This document shows positions 9,346 through 17,410 of a stretch of DNA of 64,000 nt, in pieces. The notes below the pieces were generated by a model, which saw nothing but the letters and a program-made list of their open reading frames with translations, was not told the DNA's origin and searched no databases. The stretch comes from an uncultured Pseudomonadales bacterium. Lineage in GTDB: Bacteria; Patescibacteriota; Microgenomatia; UBA1400; UBA1396. Numbering within the stretch: the first letter of the stretch is position 1; each line of letters starts with the position of its first letter. The translations under genes were made by a program, and so were the position numbers. The DNA lies in contig CAZEEI010000002.1 of NCBI GenBank assembly GCA_964511175.1, positions 66,063 to 130,062 of the forward strand, given 5' to 3'.

Positions 9346-10211
9346 ATTCCTTCAGCCAAGCGGTGAAAAGCATCCGTCGTTCGCCTTATCAGGCTATGGC
9401 GGCTACTATCATCCTCTTCTTAACTTTTTTTATCGGTTACAGTTTAGCCCTTTTTCTGCTTGGTTCCCACCAGGTTTTGCTTTACTTTGAAACCCGCCCG
9501 CAGGTTACTGCCTTCTTCCGCCAAGATACCACTTTGCCGCAATTACAAAGCTACGCTGAAGCTCTCAAGCAAAAGAGCTACGTCAAAAACGTCAAATTGG
9601 TTTCCCAAGAGGAAGCGTTGGAGATTTATCGCCAGCAGTCAAGTAACGATCCAGTTATGCTCGAGTTAGTAACAGCTGATATTTTGCCGCCCTCCCTGGA
9701 AGTTTCAACCTTTGCGCTGGACCAGTTAGCCCAAGTGGCTGCCGATTTACAGCAGTTGGCGGGCATTGACGAAGTAGTGTACCAGGAGGATGTGATCGCT
9801 GGTTTACGTCATTGGGCAACATTGTTGCGTCAGATTGGTTTGGCCATCATGGCAATCTTTACCGTTACGTCATTGCTGGTGATTCTGGTTATTACTAGCA
9901 TCCGGATCGCGAGCAAAAAGTTGGAAATTAGGGTACTGCGCCTAATGGGAGCTACTAAATGGTATATTCAGCGCCCCTTTTTATTGGAAGGAATGTTCTA
10001 CGGCGTGCTGGGATCGGTTTTGTCCTGGGGTGCGGTATATATTATTCTGCTTTACGCCAGTCCCAGCATTCAACAGTTTTTCGGCGAAGTACAATTATTA
10101 CCCGTGCCGGCAGAACTGATGCTAGCTCTACTAGCGGCTGGTACTGGCTTAGGCTTAATTTTAGGTATGTTGGCTAGCTTGTTAAGTGCGCGTCGGTTGT
10201 ACCGTATCTAG
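9342..10211 (+). CDS. ftsX: cell division permease FtsX
   Basis: An N-terminal TM helix, an extracellular loop domain and 3 C-terminal TM helices. The start overlaps ftsE as ATGA. Confidence 0.8.
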   Translation: MNSFSQAVKSIRRSPYQAMAATIILFLTFFIGYSLALFLLGSHQVLLYFETRPQVTAFFRQDTTLPQLQSYAEALKQKSYVKNVKLVSQEEALEIYRQQSSNDPVMLELVTADILPPSLEVSTFALDQLAQVAADLQQLAGIDEVVYQEDVIAGLRHWATLLRQIGLAIMAIFTVTSLLVILVITSIRIASKKLEIRVLRLMGATKWYIQRPFLLEGMFYGVLGSVLSWGAVYIILLYASPSIQQFFGEVQLLPVPAELMLALLAAGTGLGLILGMLASLLSARRLYRI

Positions 10212-10232
10212 AACCCTTTATACTGCTAATAC

Positions 10233-11468
10233 ATGCGTAAGATCTGGTCTGCTTGGCTATCTGGTTTAGTAATGATCCTGCTGGTGGGTTTTGCTTTGGC
10301 AGCCACTCAGCCCGTCCTGGCCGAAGAGTCAACCAGTGCTAGTACCGAAAAACAGAGCGCCATCGACAGGCTAAATCAAGAAATTCAAGATTTACAAAAT
10401 AAAATCAAGGACGCGCAGAACGAACAGAATACTTTAGCCAGCACGATTAAGTTTTTGGATAGCAAGATTTTGTTGACCGGTAAGGAAATTGAAAAATCCG
10501 AACGGGAAATTGAATTGTTGGAAGCGGCGATCGATGATCTAGGGCAGCGTATTCAAGGGCTAGAAGTTAATCTGCACGATCTCTCTGCCGAGTTGATCGA
10601 ACGCGTCCAAGAGCAATACAAACGCAGCTCGACCGATGCCGTCTCGGTGATTTTTGCCACGACCGGTTTTACCGATTTATTTAAAGAACATAAATATCTG
10701 GTCCAACTACGGGCTCATACCCAACGGTTGCTTTTGGATACAGAGACTAAGCGCCAACAATACGATGCGGAAAAGGGTAATAAGGAGGCCAAGCAAAAGG
10801 AGGTGGAGGCCTTGCGGCGTAAGTTGGAGGCTAACCGGCGTGATTTGTTAAGTCAGCAGGCGGCCAAAAAACAATTACTAGTTGAAACCCAGAATAGTGA
10901 GGCTAAGTACCAAAGTTTGTTGGCCCAGGCCAAATCGCAATTGGCTGCTCTCCACCGCTTCGTAGTGGGTCAAGGTGGCGCCAGTATTTTGCAGAATCAA
11001 ACTAAATGTGACGATTGGGGTTGTTACTATAACCAGCGGGATTCCCAGTGGGGTAATATCAGTTTAGGCGGTTCGTCATACTCGGTGGCGGAATACGGCT
11101 GTTTGGTTAGTTCGGTAGCGATGGTAGCCACTCATTACGGCAAAAATATTAAACCAGCCGACATTGCGGTAATATCTGCGGCTTTTGTACCAGGGTACGG
11201 TTGGCTTTATCATTCGTTTGCGGTTAACGGTACACAAGTTAACCTAACTAGTGCTTCCCGTAGTCTGCTGGATAACGAACTAGCGGCTGGGCGGCCGGTG
11301 ATCGCCGGTTTATACTCTGGTCCGGATCACTTTATCGTTATTGTGCGCAAAGAAGGGGATAACTACATCATGCATGACCCCTTTTTAGAGAATGGCAGTT
11401 ATCGATCGCTGACCGACAAATACAATGTCGCCGACATTCGCAGTTTGCGCCTAGTACGGTTCAATTAG
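10233..11468 (+). CDS. secreted coiled-coil protein with a C-terminal papain-like (Peptidase_C39_2-like) cysteine peptidase domain; PcsB/EnvC-type FtsEX partner candidate
   Basis: Signal peptide, then roughly 200 aa of heptad-rich coiled coil (LQNKIKDAQNEQNTLASTIKFLDSKI...). The C-terminus carries Cys in YGCLVSSVAMVATHYG and His in HFIVIVRKEGDNYIMHDPF, matching the C39-like Cys/His layout. Confidence 0.5.
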   Translation: MRKIWSAWLSGLVMILLVGFALAATQPVLAEESTSASTEKQSAIDRLNQEIQDLQNKIKDAQNEQNTLASTIKFLDSKILLTGKEIEKSEREIELLEAAIDDLGQRIQGLEVNLHDLSAELIERVQEQYKRSSTDAVSVIFATTGFTDLFKEHKYLVQLRAHTQRLLLDTETKRQQYDAEKGNKEAKQKEVEALRRKLEANRRDLLSQQAAKKQLLVETQNSEAKYQSLLAQAKSQLAALHRFVVGQGGASILQNQTKCDDWGCYYNQRDSQWGNISLGGSSYSVAEYGCLVSSVAMVATHYGKNIKPADIAVISAAFVPGYGWLYHSFAVNGTQVNLTSASRSLLDNELAAGRPVIAGLYSGPDHFIVIVRKEGDNYIMHDPFLENGSYRSLTDKYNVADIRSLRLVRFN

Positions 11469-11506
11469 TCAGTATTTGGTCACTTTTACCCCCTATCGTA
11501 TAAAGA

Positions 11507-12370
11507 GTGCGAAGCTACGGGTGGTGGTTGGCCGGTTTGGTTTTCTTTGGTCTAGCGGGGCGGGTTTGGGCCGCCGAATTGCACCTGCGGGCAATCTATC
11601 CCAATCCGCCGGGTAACGATACCGGCGAATGGCTGGCTGTAGAAAATAACGGTACAGCTTCCGTGGCCGCCGGTTTGGCTAGTTTGCGCGATAAATTCGG
11701 GTCGACTAAAACCTACCTCTTACCAGCTCTTTCGGCCCAGGAATTAAAAATTATTACCGCCAGCGAATCCGGCATTACTCTCAACAATACCCGCGAGGCG
11801 GTGGAACTGCTGAAGCAAAACGTAGTGATTGATGCCTCACCGGAGTTTGTGGCTAGCCAAGAAGGAATGGTATTTATCCAGTTAAACGAAGGCTGGCGGG
11901 AAATTAGTTTGGCCGAGTATTTGGAGAGACAATTGAATCGCAACTGGTCAACTGTCGCGGTAACAGAAGATGATGATAGTACGGAACCGGATACCACAAC
12001 AGCCACAGTCAGCGCTACTTTTACTCCTTTACCCTGGGCAACACTCATTGCACCGGCACCTGACCGTGCGGCAAAACAAGTTGAACTTTCGTCGGATTTG
12101 CCAACTCAGGCCAGCCCTGCGCCGCTGCCTTATCGTGTCCCGCATTTGTTTACCGGTTCGCCTGCCCGTGCTTCACCAGCCGGAGAGTTAAACTGGCCTT
12201 TGCCGCCGGAGCCGGATTATGATGCCGAAATGCAGGTTTTCCTTGATTGGAAACGACGTGCTCTGTTTGGTTCACTGGCTTTGGTTTGGGGTGGTCTATG
12301 TTGGTTGCTACTGGTGATACCGCCGCCGCCAGTCCTGTGGCACTGGTTGCGGGATGAACTTTTACTGTAG
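11507..12370 (+). CDS. lamin-tail-domain (LTD) protein with a C-terminal Pro-rich TM anchor
   Basis: Signal peptide, then an LTD-like motif IYPNPPGNDTGEWLAVENNGTASV. There is a Thr/Pro-rich linker and a C-terminal hydrophobic helix plus PPPP. Confidence 0.4.
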   Translation: MRSYGWWLAGLVFFGLAGRVWAAELHLRAIYPNPPGNDTGEWLAVENNGTASVAAGLASLRDKFGSTKTYLLPALSAQELKIITASESGITLNNTREAVELLKQNVVIDASPEFVASQEGMVFIQLNEGWREISLAEYLERQLNRNWSTVAVTEDDDSTEPDTTTATVSATFTPLPWATLIAPAPDRAAKQVELSSDLPTQASPAPLPYRVPHLFTGSPARASPAGELNWPLPPEPDYDAEMQVFLDWKRRALFGSLALVWGGLCWLLLVIPPPPVLWHWLRDELLL

Positions 12371-12379
12371 GATAAACAA

Positions 12380-12772
12380 GTGTCTAGTTGGCAGAAATGG
12401 TTTTCTTTTGGACCGGCGGCGGCGTGGTACGCCTTCATTTTTTGGCTTTCCAGCCAGCCCAAACTGCCTGGTCCTGAAAATACTTTAGCGCAATTGTTAT
12501 GGTTTAAAACCGCCCACCTGATTTTTTACGCCATTCTCACTTGTTTATTAATTTGGGCCCTGCGACAGACAATGCACTGGCGAGCCGCCACTTACCGCTG
12601 GTTACTGTTGCTGGCTTTTTGGTTAGTGGTATTCCCGGCTGGACTAGACGAGCTTCACCAGGGTTTAGTGCCGGGGCGCCATATGCGTTGGCGAGACATA
12701 GTAGTTGACGCATCGGCAGCTGCGGCTGTAATCCTGGTATTCTCGCGGTATAATCGCCCTGGTAAGCCTTAA
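12380..12772 (+). CDS. VanZ-like family membrane protein
   Basis: Four TM helices and a conserved C-terminal acidic/Arg region (GRHMRWRDIVVDA), typical of the VanZ-like family. Confidence 0.45.
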   Translation: MSSWQKWFSFGPAAAWYAFIFWLSSQPKLPGPENTLAQLLWFKTAHLIFYAILTCLLIWALRQTMHWRAATYRWLLLLAFWLVVFPAGLDELHQGLVPGRHMRWRDIVVDASAAAAVILVFSRYNRPGKP

Positions 12773-12774
12773 TT

Positions 12775-12852
12775 CGGGATGTAGCTCAGATGGCTTAGAG
12801 CGCACGCATGGGGTGCGTGAGGTCGCTGGTTCGAGTCCAGTCATCCCGACCA
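12775..12852 (+). tRNA. tRNA-Pro (anticodon GGG), 3' CCA encoded
   Basis: Manual cloverleaf: acceptor CGGGATG/CATCCCG, D-arm GCTC..GAGC, anticodon stem CACGC/GCGTG with loop AUGGGGU (U33, anticodon GGG, G37). T-arm GCTGG-TTCGAGT-CCAGT, discriminator A, then CCA. Confidence 0.8.
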
Positions 12853-12991
12853 TAAGCAGCCGTTCAAAAACGGTCACCTGTTTTCTGTGGAATTATAAGA
12901 GAGGTTGTTTTATCAGTAACTATTTTGCAAACTTGGACATACTCTTCTTATCGGTTTAGAATCTACTCAGTACAAAATTAACGGAGGTACG

Positions 12992-13201
12992 ATGTCTGAA
13001 ACTCAACCAAAGGTGTTGAGCGACCAGGACACAACGCGCAATGTCCAATTCTATGACAACCTCATGCCCATGTTGCCTGAAGATGGGGTTACCCGATATT
13101 TAGTCAAAGATGGTGAAAGACACGAGCTTTCTGAGCTCAATAGGGTCGACTGGTTGATTCTCAACGCCCTGTTTCCACAAGGTCCTCAAGTACTGTCCTA
13201 A
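12992..13201 (+). CDS. small hypothetical protein (69 aa)
   Basis: An ORF with GGAGG-like RBS (aacggaggtacgATG). No recognisable motifs. It is the first gene after tRNA-Pro, in an AT-richer block. Confidence 0.3.
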   Translation: MSETQPKVLSDQDTTRNVQFYDNLMPMLPEDGVTRYLVKDGERHELSELNRVDWLILNALFPQGPQVLS

Positions 13202-13237
13202 ACCAATAGCCAACAAATTAGGAAGAAACCATCGACC

Positions 13238-14002
13238 ATGGGTATAAAAATTGTCTGTTTAAACTTATGGAATGGTGGCTTTCTCTTTGAGTCAATGGTG
13301 GAGTACCTACAAAGAGAAAAAGCCGATATTTATTTACTGCAAGAAGTTTTTAATGGGACTGATCCTCATTTACCGCCGCAACATAGGACATTCACCGAGC
13401 TTCAGCAGCAACTTGATTTACCCCACGGACATTTTGCACCATGCTTTAATGAAAATATTAATGGAGCTGTCATTGTTCAAGGTAACGCAATTTTTAGTAG
13501 ATTTCCCCTACAAGAAGTTTCGGTAACGTTCTATGATGTTCCGTTTGGAGCACGCGACAATACCAGAGAAGCATTTCCCTTTTCGCCGCGCAATCTGCAG
13601 CACGTCAAAACCGCAGTTGGTTCTCACGAACTCCATTTATTGAACACACAAGGGATTTGGGGTGAAGATGGTCAGGATTCACCAAGACGCTTGAATATGG
13701 CGACATACATCATACGAGAGATAGATGGTTGTACGCCATTAGTTTTAGCCGGGGATTTCAATGTACAGCCGGAAACTCAAGCCATTGCCTTGATTGAAAG
13801 TAAGCTACACAACGTATTCAAAGGTGAATTGGACACATCATTCAACCTTAAGCGGAAAGATCTGGTTAGGGATCCAGGCTTTACTTCGGCCGTGGTGGAT
13901 ATGTTTTTTATAACTCCTGACTTGAAAGTAACTAAGCAGGTTTGTCCTAAAGTTGACGTATCCGATCACTACCCCTTAGTGGTGGAACTAGACATCGGCT
14001 AG
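13238..14002 (+). CDS. endonuclease/exonuclease/phosphatase (EEP) family protein
   Basis: EEP hallmarks: N-terminal LNLWNGG, catalytic Glu in LLQEV, and C-terminal GDFN...SDHYPLVVELD. No signal peptide is evident. Confidence 0.65.
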   Translation: MGIKIVCLNLWNGGFLFESMVEYLQREKADIYLLQEVFNGTDPHLPPQHRTFTELQQQLDLPHGHFAPCFNENINGAVIVQGNAIFSRFPLQEVSVTFYDVPFGARDNTREAFPFSPRNLQHVKTAVGSHELHLLNTQGIWGEDGQDSPRRLNMATYIIREIDGCTPLVLAGDFNVQPETQAIALIESKLHNVFKGELDTSFNLKRKDLVRDPGFTSAVVDMFFITPDLKVTKQVCPKVDVSDHYPLVVELDIG

Positions 14003-14071
14003 TTTAAGTATCATCCTTGGTTGTGCTATAGTTTTAGATATAGATATAACAAAATATCTAGAAAGGGCGTT

Positions 14072-14398
14072 ATGCCAATAGGTTGGGGTAGAAAAAAAGA
14101 ACACCAAGCAGCAGTTCCAGAAGTTCTTAGTGTCGATGCCCGAGCGCAGGCATTGCTTGATCAGTCAGTGCCTGAGGGACAGCGGTGGTATACAGCCTTT
14201 TTTAAAGTAGTGCTGATAGTTGAGGGCGCCGTACTCAGGGTTGGACCCGTTCCAATTACCGTTCAATCGGTTGAGCTTGATAAGTTAGGCGGTATTATCC
14301 ACACAGTGGATGGTGTTGAGGTGGCTTTTCGTTATGCCGGCGGCGATAAGAGTTTTGTCAAAGTGCATTGTTTGCAAGACCAAAATCGTCAGAGATAG
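14072..14398 (+). CDS. hypothetical protein
   Basis: The ORF track starts at 14021. The internal ATG (MPIGWG) sits downstream of an AGAAAGGG RBS-like stretch. No motifs were recognised. Confidence 0.3.
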   Translation: MPIGWGRKKEHQAAVPEVLSVDARAQALLDQSVPEGQRWYTAFFKVVLIVEGAVLRVGPVPITVQSVELDKLGGIIHTVDGVEVAFRYAGGDKSFVKVHCLQDQNRQR

Positions 14399-14470
14399 CC
14401 AAGATGGGGCTTAGAGCGCCGGGTGTTGTTTTGTATTCATCATTGATACCGAATGATACAATAGGAGCCT

Positions 14471-14851
14471 ATGCCACGAAAAATAGAAGTACCTCAACCC
14501 CTTGACGATTCAATGTCCTTGCCGGATGCCATGCGTGCTTTGGGTTGGTTTGATGCCAGTAAACCGACAATTAATAATTTGTACTCGATTCATCGACATA
14601 TTAACAATCTTTTGAGTTTTATAGATACTTTGCCGGCCAGTGTGGTTACCATCCAAAAATCAATAGATATGCTTTCGGTTTTGGTCATTATTTTGAACAA
14701 ACACTTAAGCTCAATGCCTCCGATTATTAAATCGACAACTATAGAATTAGGTGTTCGCAACAAGATTGAGGAAGCAATTGGGGCTCTTTCCTTTTACCAG
14801 CGCGGTTTTGCGCGGGCGGCTAGTTTATCCGGGGATAAATCGGTAAGATAA
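14471..14851 (+). CDS. hypothetical protein, paralogue A of a duplicated small-protein pair
   Basis: Its N-terminus (PLDDSMSLPDAMRALGWFDASKP) is shared with the ORF at 15720..16091. The stop lies 4 nt before the next ORF. Confidence 0.4.
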   Translation: MPRKIEVPQPLDDSMSLPDAMRALGWFDASKPTINNLYSIHRHINNLLSFIDTLPASVVTIQKSIDMLSVLVIILNKHLSSMPPIIKSTTIELGVRNKIEEAIGALSFYQRGFARAASLSGDKSVR

Positions 14852-14855
14852 AAAA

Positions 14856-15713
14856 ATGTCAACGGAATTGCTGCGTTACCCCGAACATCTCCGTCAATCT
14901 CTAAAATTAGATGGACTAGAACTTGCCAATTTTAATTTTTCGTTAGGATTGAGAGAAATTTTGCAAAAACGCGGTATCAGCGCCCTACCCTTGATTTATT
15001 TGGGTGCCGGCGGCGATTGGTGGACAGCAGCGCTGATTTCGGGCTCATCGCATCTTGTTTTAGTTGATTCGCATCCGTTTTTGAGCAAAGGAGACGTTGA
15101 AGACGGACTTTTTGCCAGTCTAGACGAATTGTTTAGGGCGGTTAATCCAGAGCGTGAACGTTTGGGTGCCACGCGGGCAGGGAAAGATGTGCAACCGGCT
15201 GTGCAGATGGTGGCTAATTTATTCAGGATCGGCATCGGTCGAAATAATATTCGTATCACTACCAATGACGGCCGGGATGCTCGCGTCAAAATTAAACTAG
15301 GTAAGCAGGAAATGCGGGTAGATTTTTGTTCCCGAATCGTTAAGAGTGCGGCTGAGCTTGGGATTCTACTGCATGATCAGGATATCGATGGCGAATACGG
15401 CATAATGGCTAAGGGGGGAGCCGACCGCGCTTTAACCACGATTATTAATCAATTAAGTCAGCAACCCGATTTTCAACCCCTCTATTTTGTGGTGGATGAC
15501 CCGCGATCCATGGCAGGAAAAACTTTGACGGTGGCCGAAGAGGCAAAGTTGTTTTCGGGATATGATTTGCAGGAGAGGAAGTCTGATCAAGAAACTGGCT
15601 GGGGTTATTCCTGGAATGAAGAACCGGGTGGCCAGGCTGGACCGGCAGCCAATGAGTTTGATTACCGTACGCGGGCTGTGGTGGGGATTCGCCGGCCTAA
15701 TTTACCTTACTAA
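14856..15713 (+). CDS. hypothetical protein (285 aa), possible Rossmann-like fold
   Basis: LIYLGAGGDWWTAALISGSSHLVLVDSHP resembles a Gly-rich nucleotide-binding loop followed by an acidic beta2 end. No secure family assignment is possible. Confidence 0.35.
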   Translation: MSTELLRYPEHLRQSLKLDGLELANFNFSLGLREILQKRGISALPLIYLGAGGDWWTAALISGSSHLVLVDSHPFLSKGDVEDGLFASLDELFRAVNPERERLGATRAGKDVQPAVQMVANLFRIGIGRNNIRITTNDGRDARVKIKLGKQEMRVDFCSRIVKSAAELGILLHDQDIDGEYGIMAKGGADRALTTIINQLSQQPDFQPLYFVVDDPRSMAGKTLTVAEEAKLFSGYDLQERKSDQETGWGYSWNEEPGGQAGPAANEFDYRTRAVVGIRRPNLPY

Positions 15714-15719
15714 GCTAGT

Positions 15720-16091
15720 GTGATATTCTCGGCAATAGTTATGGCTACAAAAGAAGGATATTTACCTATTGATCGATCTATGTCGCTAGAGACGGCTTTG
15801 TCCGTGCTTGGCTTGTTTGATTCAAAACAAGGGTTGTTCGTGGTTGATGCCACCATGGAAGCACTAATCGAGCAAACGAGTCGATTTTTGCGTGCTAGAA
15901 CAACTGATTTGGCTCGACTGCATATTGATGATCTTTATGTATTAAGGGACATTTTGAGTCGAACAAAAGGGGAAGAAAAGCGAAGCGCACCAGAGTTGGC
16001 TCATATCCGGGATGCCTATATCACCGTTAACACTTATCTTCGGGGTTTAGTCGATGGCCGCTTGTTTCAGAGCAAAGAGATGGTGCGCTAG
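15720..16091 (+). CDS. hypothetical protein, paralogue B of the duplicated small-protein pair
   Basis: Its N-terminus (LPIDRSMSLETALSVLGLFDSKQG) matches paralogue A, and the C-terminal two-thirds diverge. It ends 5 nt before the convergent gdh stop. Confidence 0.4.
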   Translation: MIFSAIVMATKEGYLPIDRSMSLETALSVLGLFDSKQGLFVVDATMEALIEQTSRFLRARTTDLARLHIDDLYVLRDILSRTKGEEKRSAPELAHIRDAYITVNTYLRGLVDGRLFQSKEMVR

Positions 16092-16096
16092 AAGCT

Positions 16097-17365
16097 CTAA
16101 GCCACGCCCCGCAATAGCATCGCCTCAATAACGCGTTTCACGCCCAAAACATATGCCGCCTGTCGGTAGGAAAGTGAACGTTGCTCTGCCAGCTGGGCAA
16201 TCGCCTGCCAGGCGGTGAGTTGATGTTCCTGCAGTTCGGTTTGCACGCGCTCCAGTGTCCAACGGTAGCCATGCAGGTTTTGCACCCACTCAAAATAACT
16301 AACTGTGACACCACCAGCGTTACAGAGCACGTCAGGAAGCACGTCAATATGACGTTTTTGTAGCGCCTCATCTGCTTCTGGTGTGGTGGGTCCGTTAGCC
16401 ATTTCTAAGATGGTTTTGGCTTGAATCTGCTCCACATTATCAGCATGAATAGTGTTTTCCAACGCCGCCGGCACCAGGATGTCGACCGGTAGAGCCAATA
16501 ATTTTTGGTTGGTGATATATTCCCAGCCCAATTCTTGTGCCGCTTTTTCCAGAGAGCCGAGCCGCTGTTTGGCCTCAATCGCCATGGTGGGGTTAAGGCC
16601 AGTGGCGAGGTAAACGGCGCCGCGGGAATCAGAGAGAGCTACAATTTTGAAACCGCGCTGGTAGGCAAACTCAGCAAACCAGGAACCAACGTTACCCATG
16701 CCTTGGATCGCTACACTGGTTGAACTTGGTTCGAGCTTTTTTGATCGCGCGTAGGCTTCTAGGATATGAACACCACCTTGGCCGGTAGCCTCAGTGCGGC
16801 CCAGTGAACCACCAAGCTCAATAGGTTTGCCAGTAAATGTGGCTGGAGCCAACTGGCCAATAGTTTTTTCGTAAGCATCCAGCATCCAGGCCATAATTTG
16901 ACCATTAGTGTTAACATCTGGGGCAGGTACATCTTGCCATGGCCCGATATGAGGTGCCAACCATTGAGCGTAGGCCTGAGCCAAACGCTGGAGTTCAGTG
17001 CGGGACAAAGTATGAGGATCAACCGCAATTCCTCCTTTAGAGCCACCAAAGGGAATGTCGGCAATGGCGCACTTCCAGGTCATCCACATGGAAAGGGCTT
17101 GTACTTCTTCCACCGATACTTGAGGGTGAAAACGTAAACCACCTTTATACGGGCCGCGGGCCGCGTTATGTTGGCTGCGGTAAGCTGGGAAAGTAGCAGT
17201 TTCACCATTATCCAGTTTGATGGTTAATTGCTCCGACCAAAGGTGTTCTGGTTTTTGTAAAAGAGCAACAGCCTGACGGAATCGTTCCTGGTCGGCAAAC
17301 TCACTCGCCAGAAGAGGGACGATAGCGCTAAGCTGCTGTTGGGCGACAGCGAGCGGCGAATCCAT
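16097..17365 (-). CDS. gdhA: Glu/Leu/Phe/Val-family glutamate dehydrogenase
   Basis: Catalytic Lys motif GGSKGGIAVDP, Rossmann motif GMGNVG, and a length (422 aa) typical of GdhA. Confidence 0.85.
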   Translation of the reverse strand: MDSPLAVAQQQLSAIVPLLASEFADQERFRQAVALLQKPEHLWSEQLTIKLDNGETATFPAYRSQHNAARGPYKGGLRFHPQVSVEEVQALSMWMTWKCAIADIPFGGSKGGIAVDPHTLSRTELQRLAQAYAQWLAPHIGPWQDVPAPDVNTNGQIMAWMLDAYEKTIGQLAPATFTGKPIELGGSLGRTEATGQGGVHILEAYARSKKLEPSSTSVAIQGMGNVGSWFAEFAYQRGFKIVALSDSRGAVYLATGLNPTMAIEAKQRLGSLEKAAQELGWEYITNQKLLALPVDILVPAALENTIHADNVEQIQAKTILEMANGPTTPEADEALQKRHIDVLPDVLCNAGGVTVSYFEWVQNLHGYRWTLERVQTELQEHQLTAWQAIAQLAEQRSLSYRQAAYVLGVKRVIEAMLLRGVA

Positions 17366-17410
17366 GATTCCTTTCTATATTTTTAACGAAAATCATCATA
17401 GCATGTATAT

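Noticed and set aside
12665-12877. 70-aa minus-strand ORF overlapping tRNA-Pro (translation contains GLEPATS, typical of tRNA antisense)
   Set aside because: It is an artefact of the tRNA gene on the opposite strand.
12853-12991. Hairpin CCGTT-CAAAA-AACGG plus T-run after tRNA-Pro, and TTGGAC-N18-TAGAAT promoter-like hexamers upstream of the 69-aa ORF
   Set aside because: It is plausible as a tRNA terminator and island promoter, but the stem is short (5 bp) and the hexamers are weak. It is not reported as a feature without a TSS or energy calculation.
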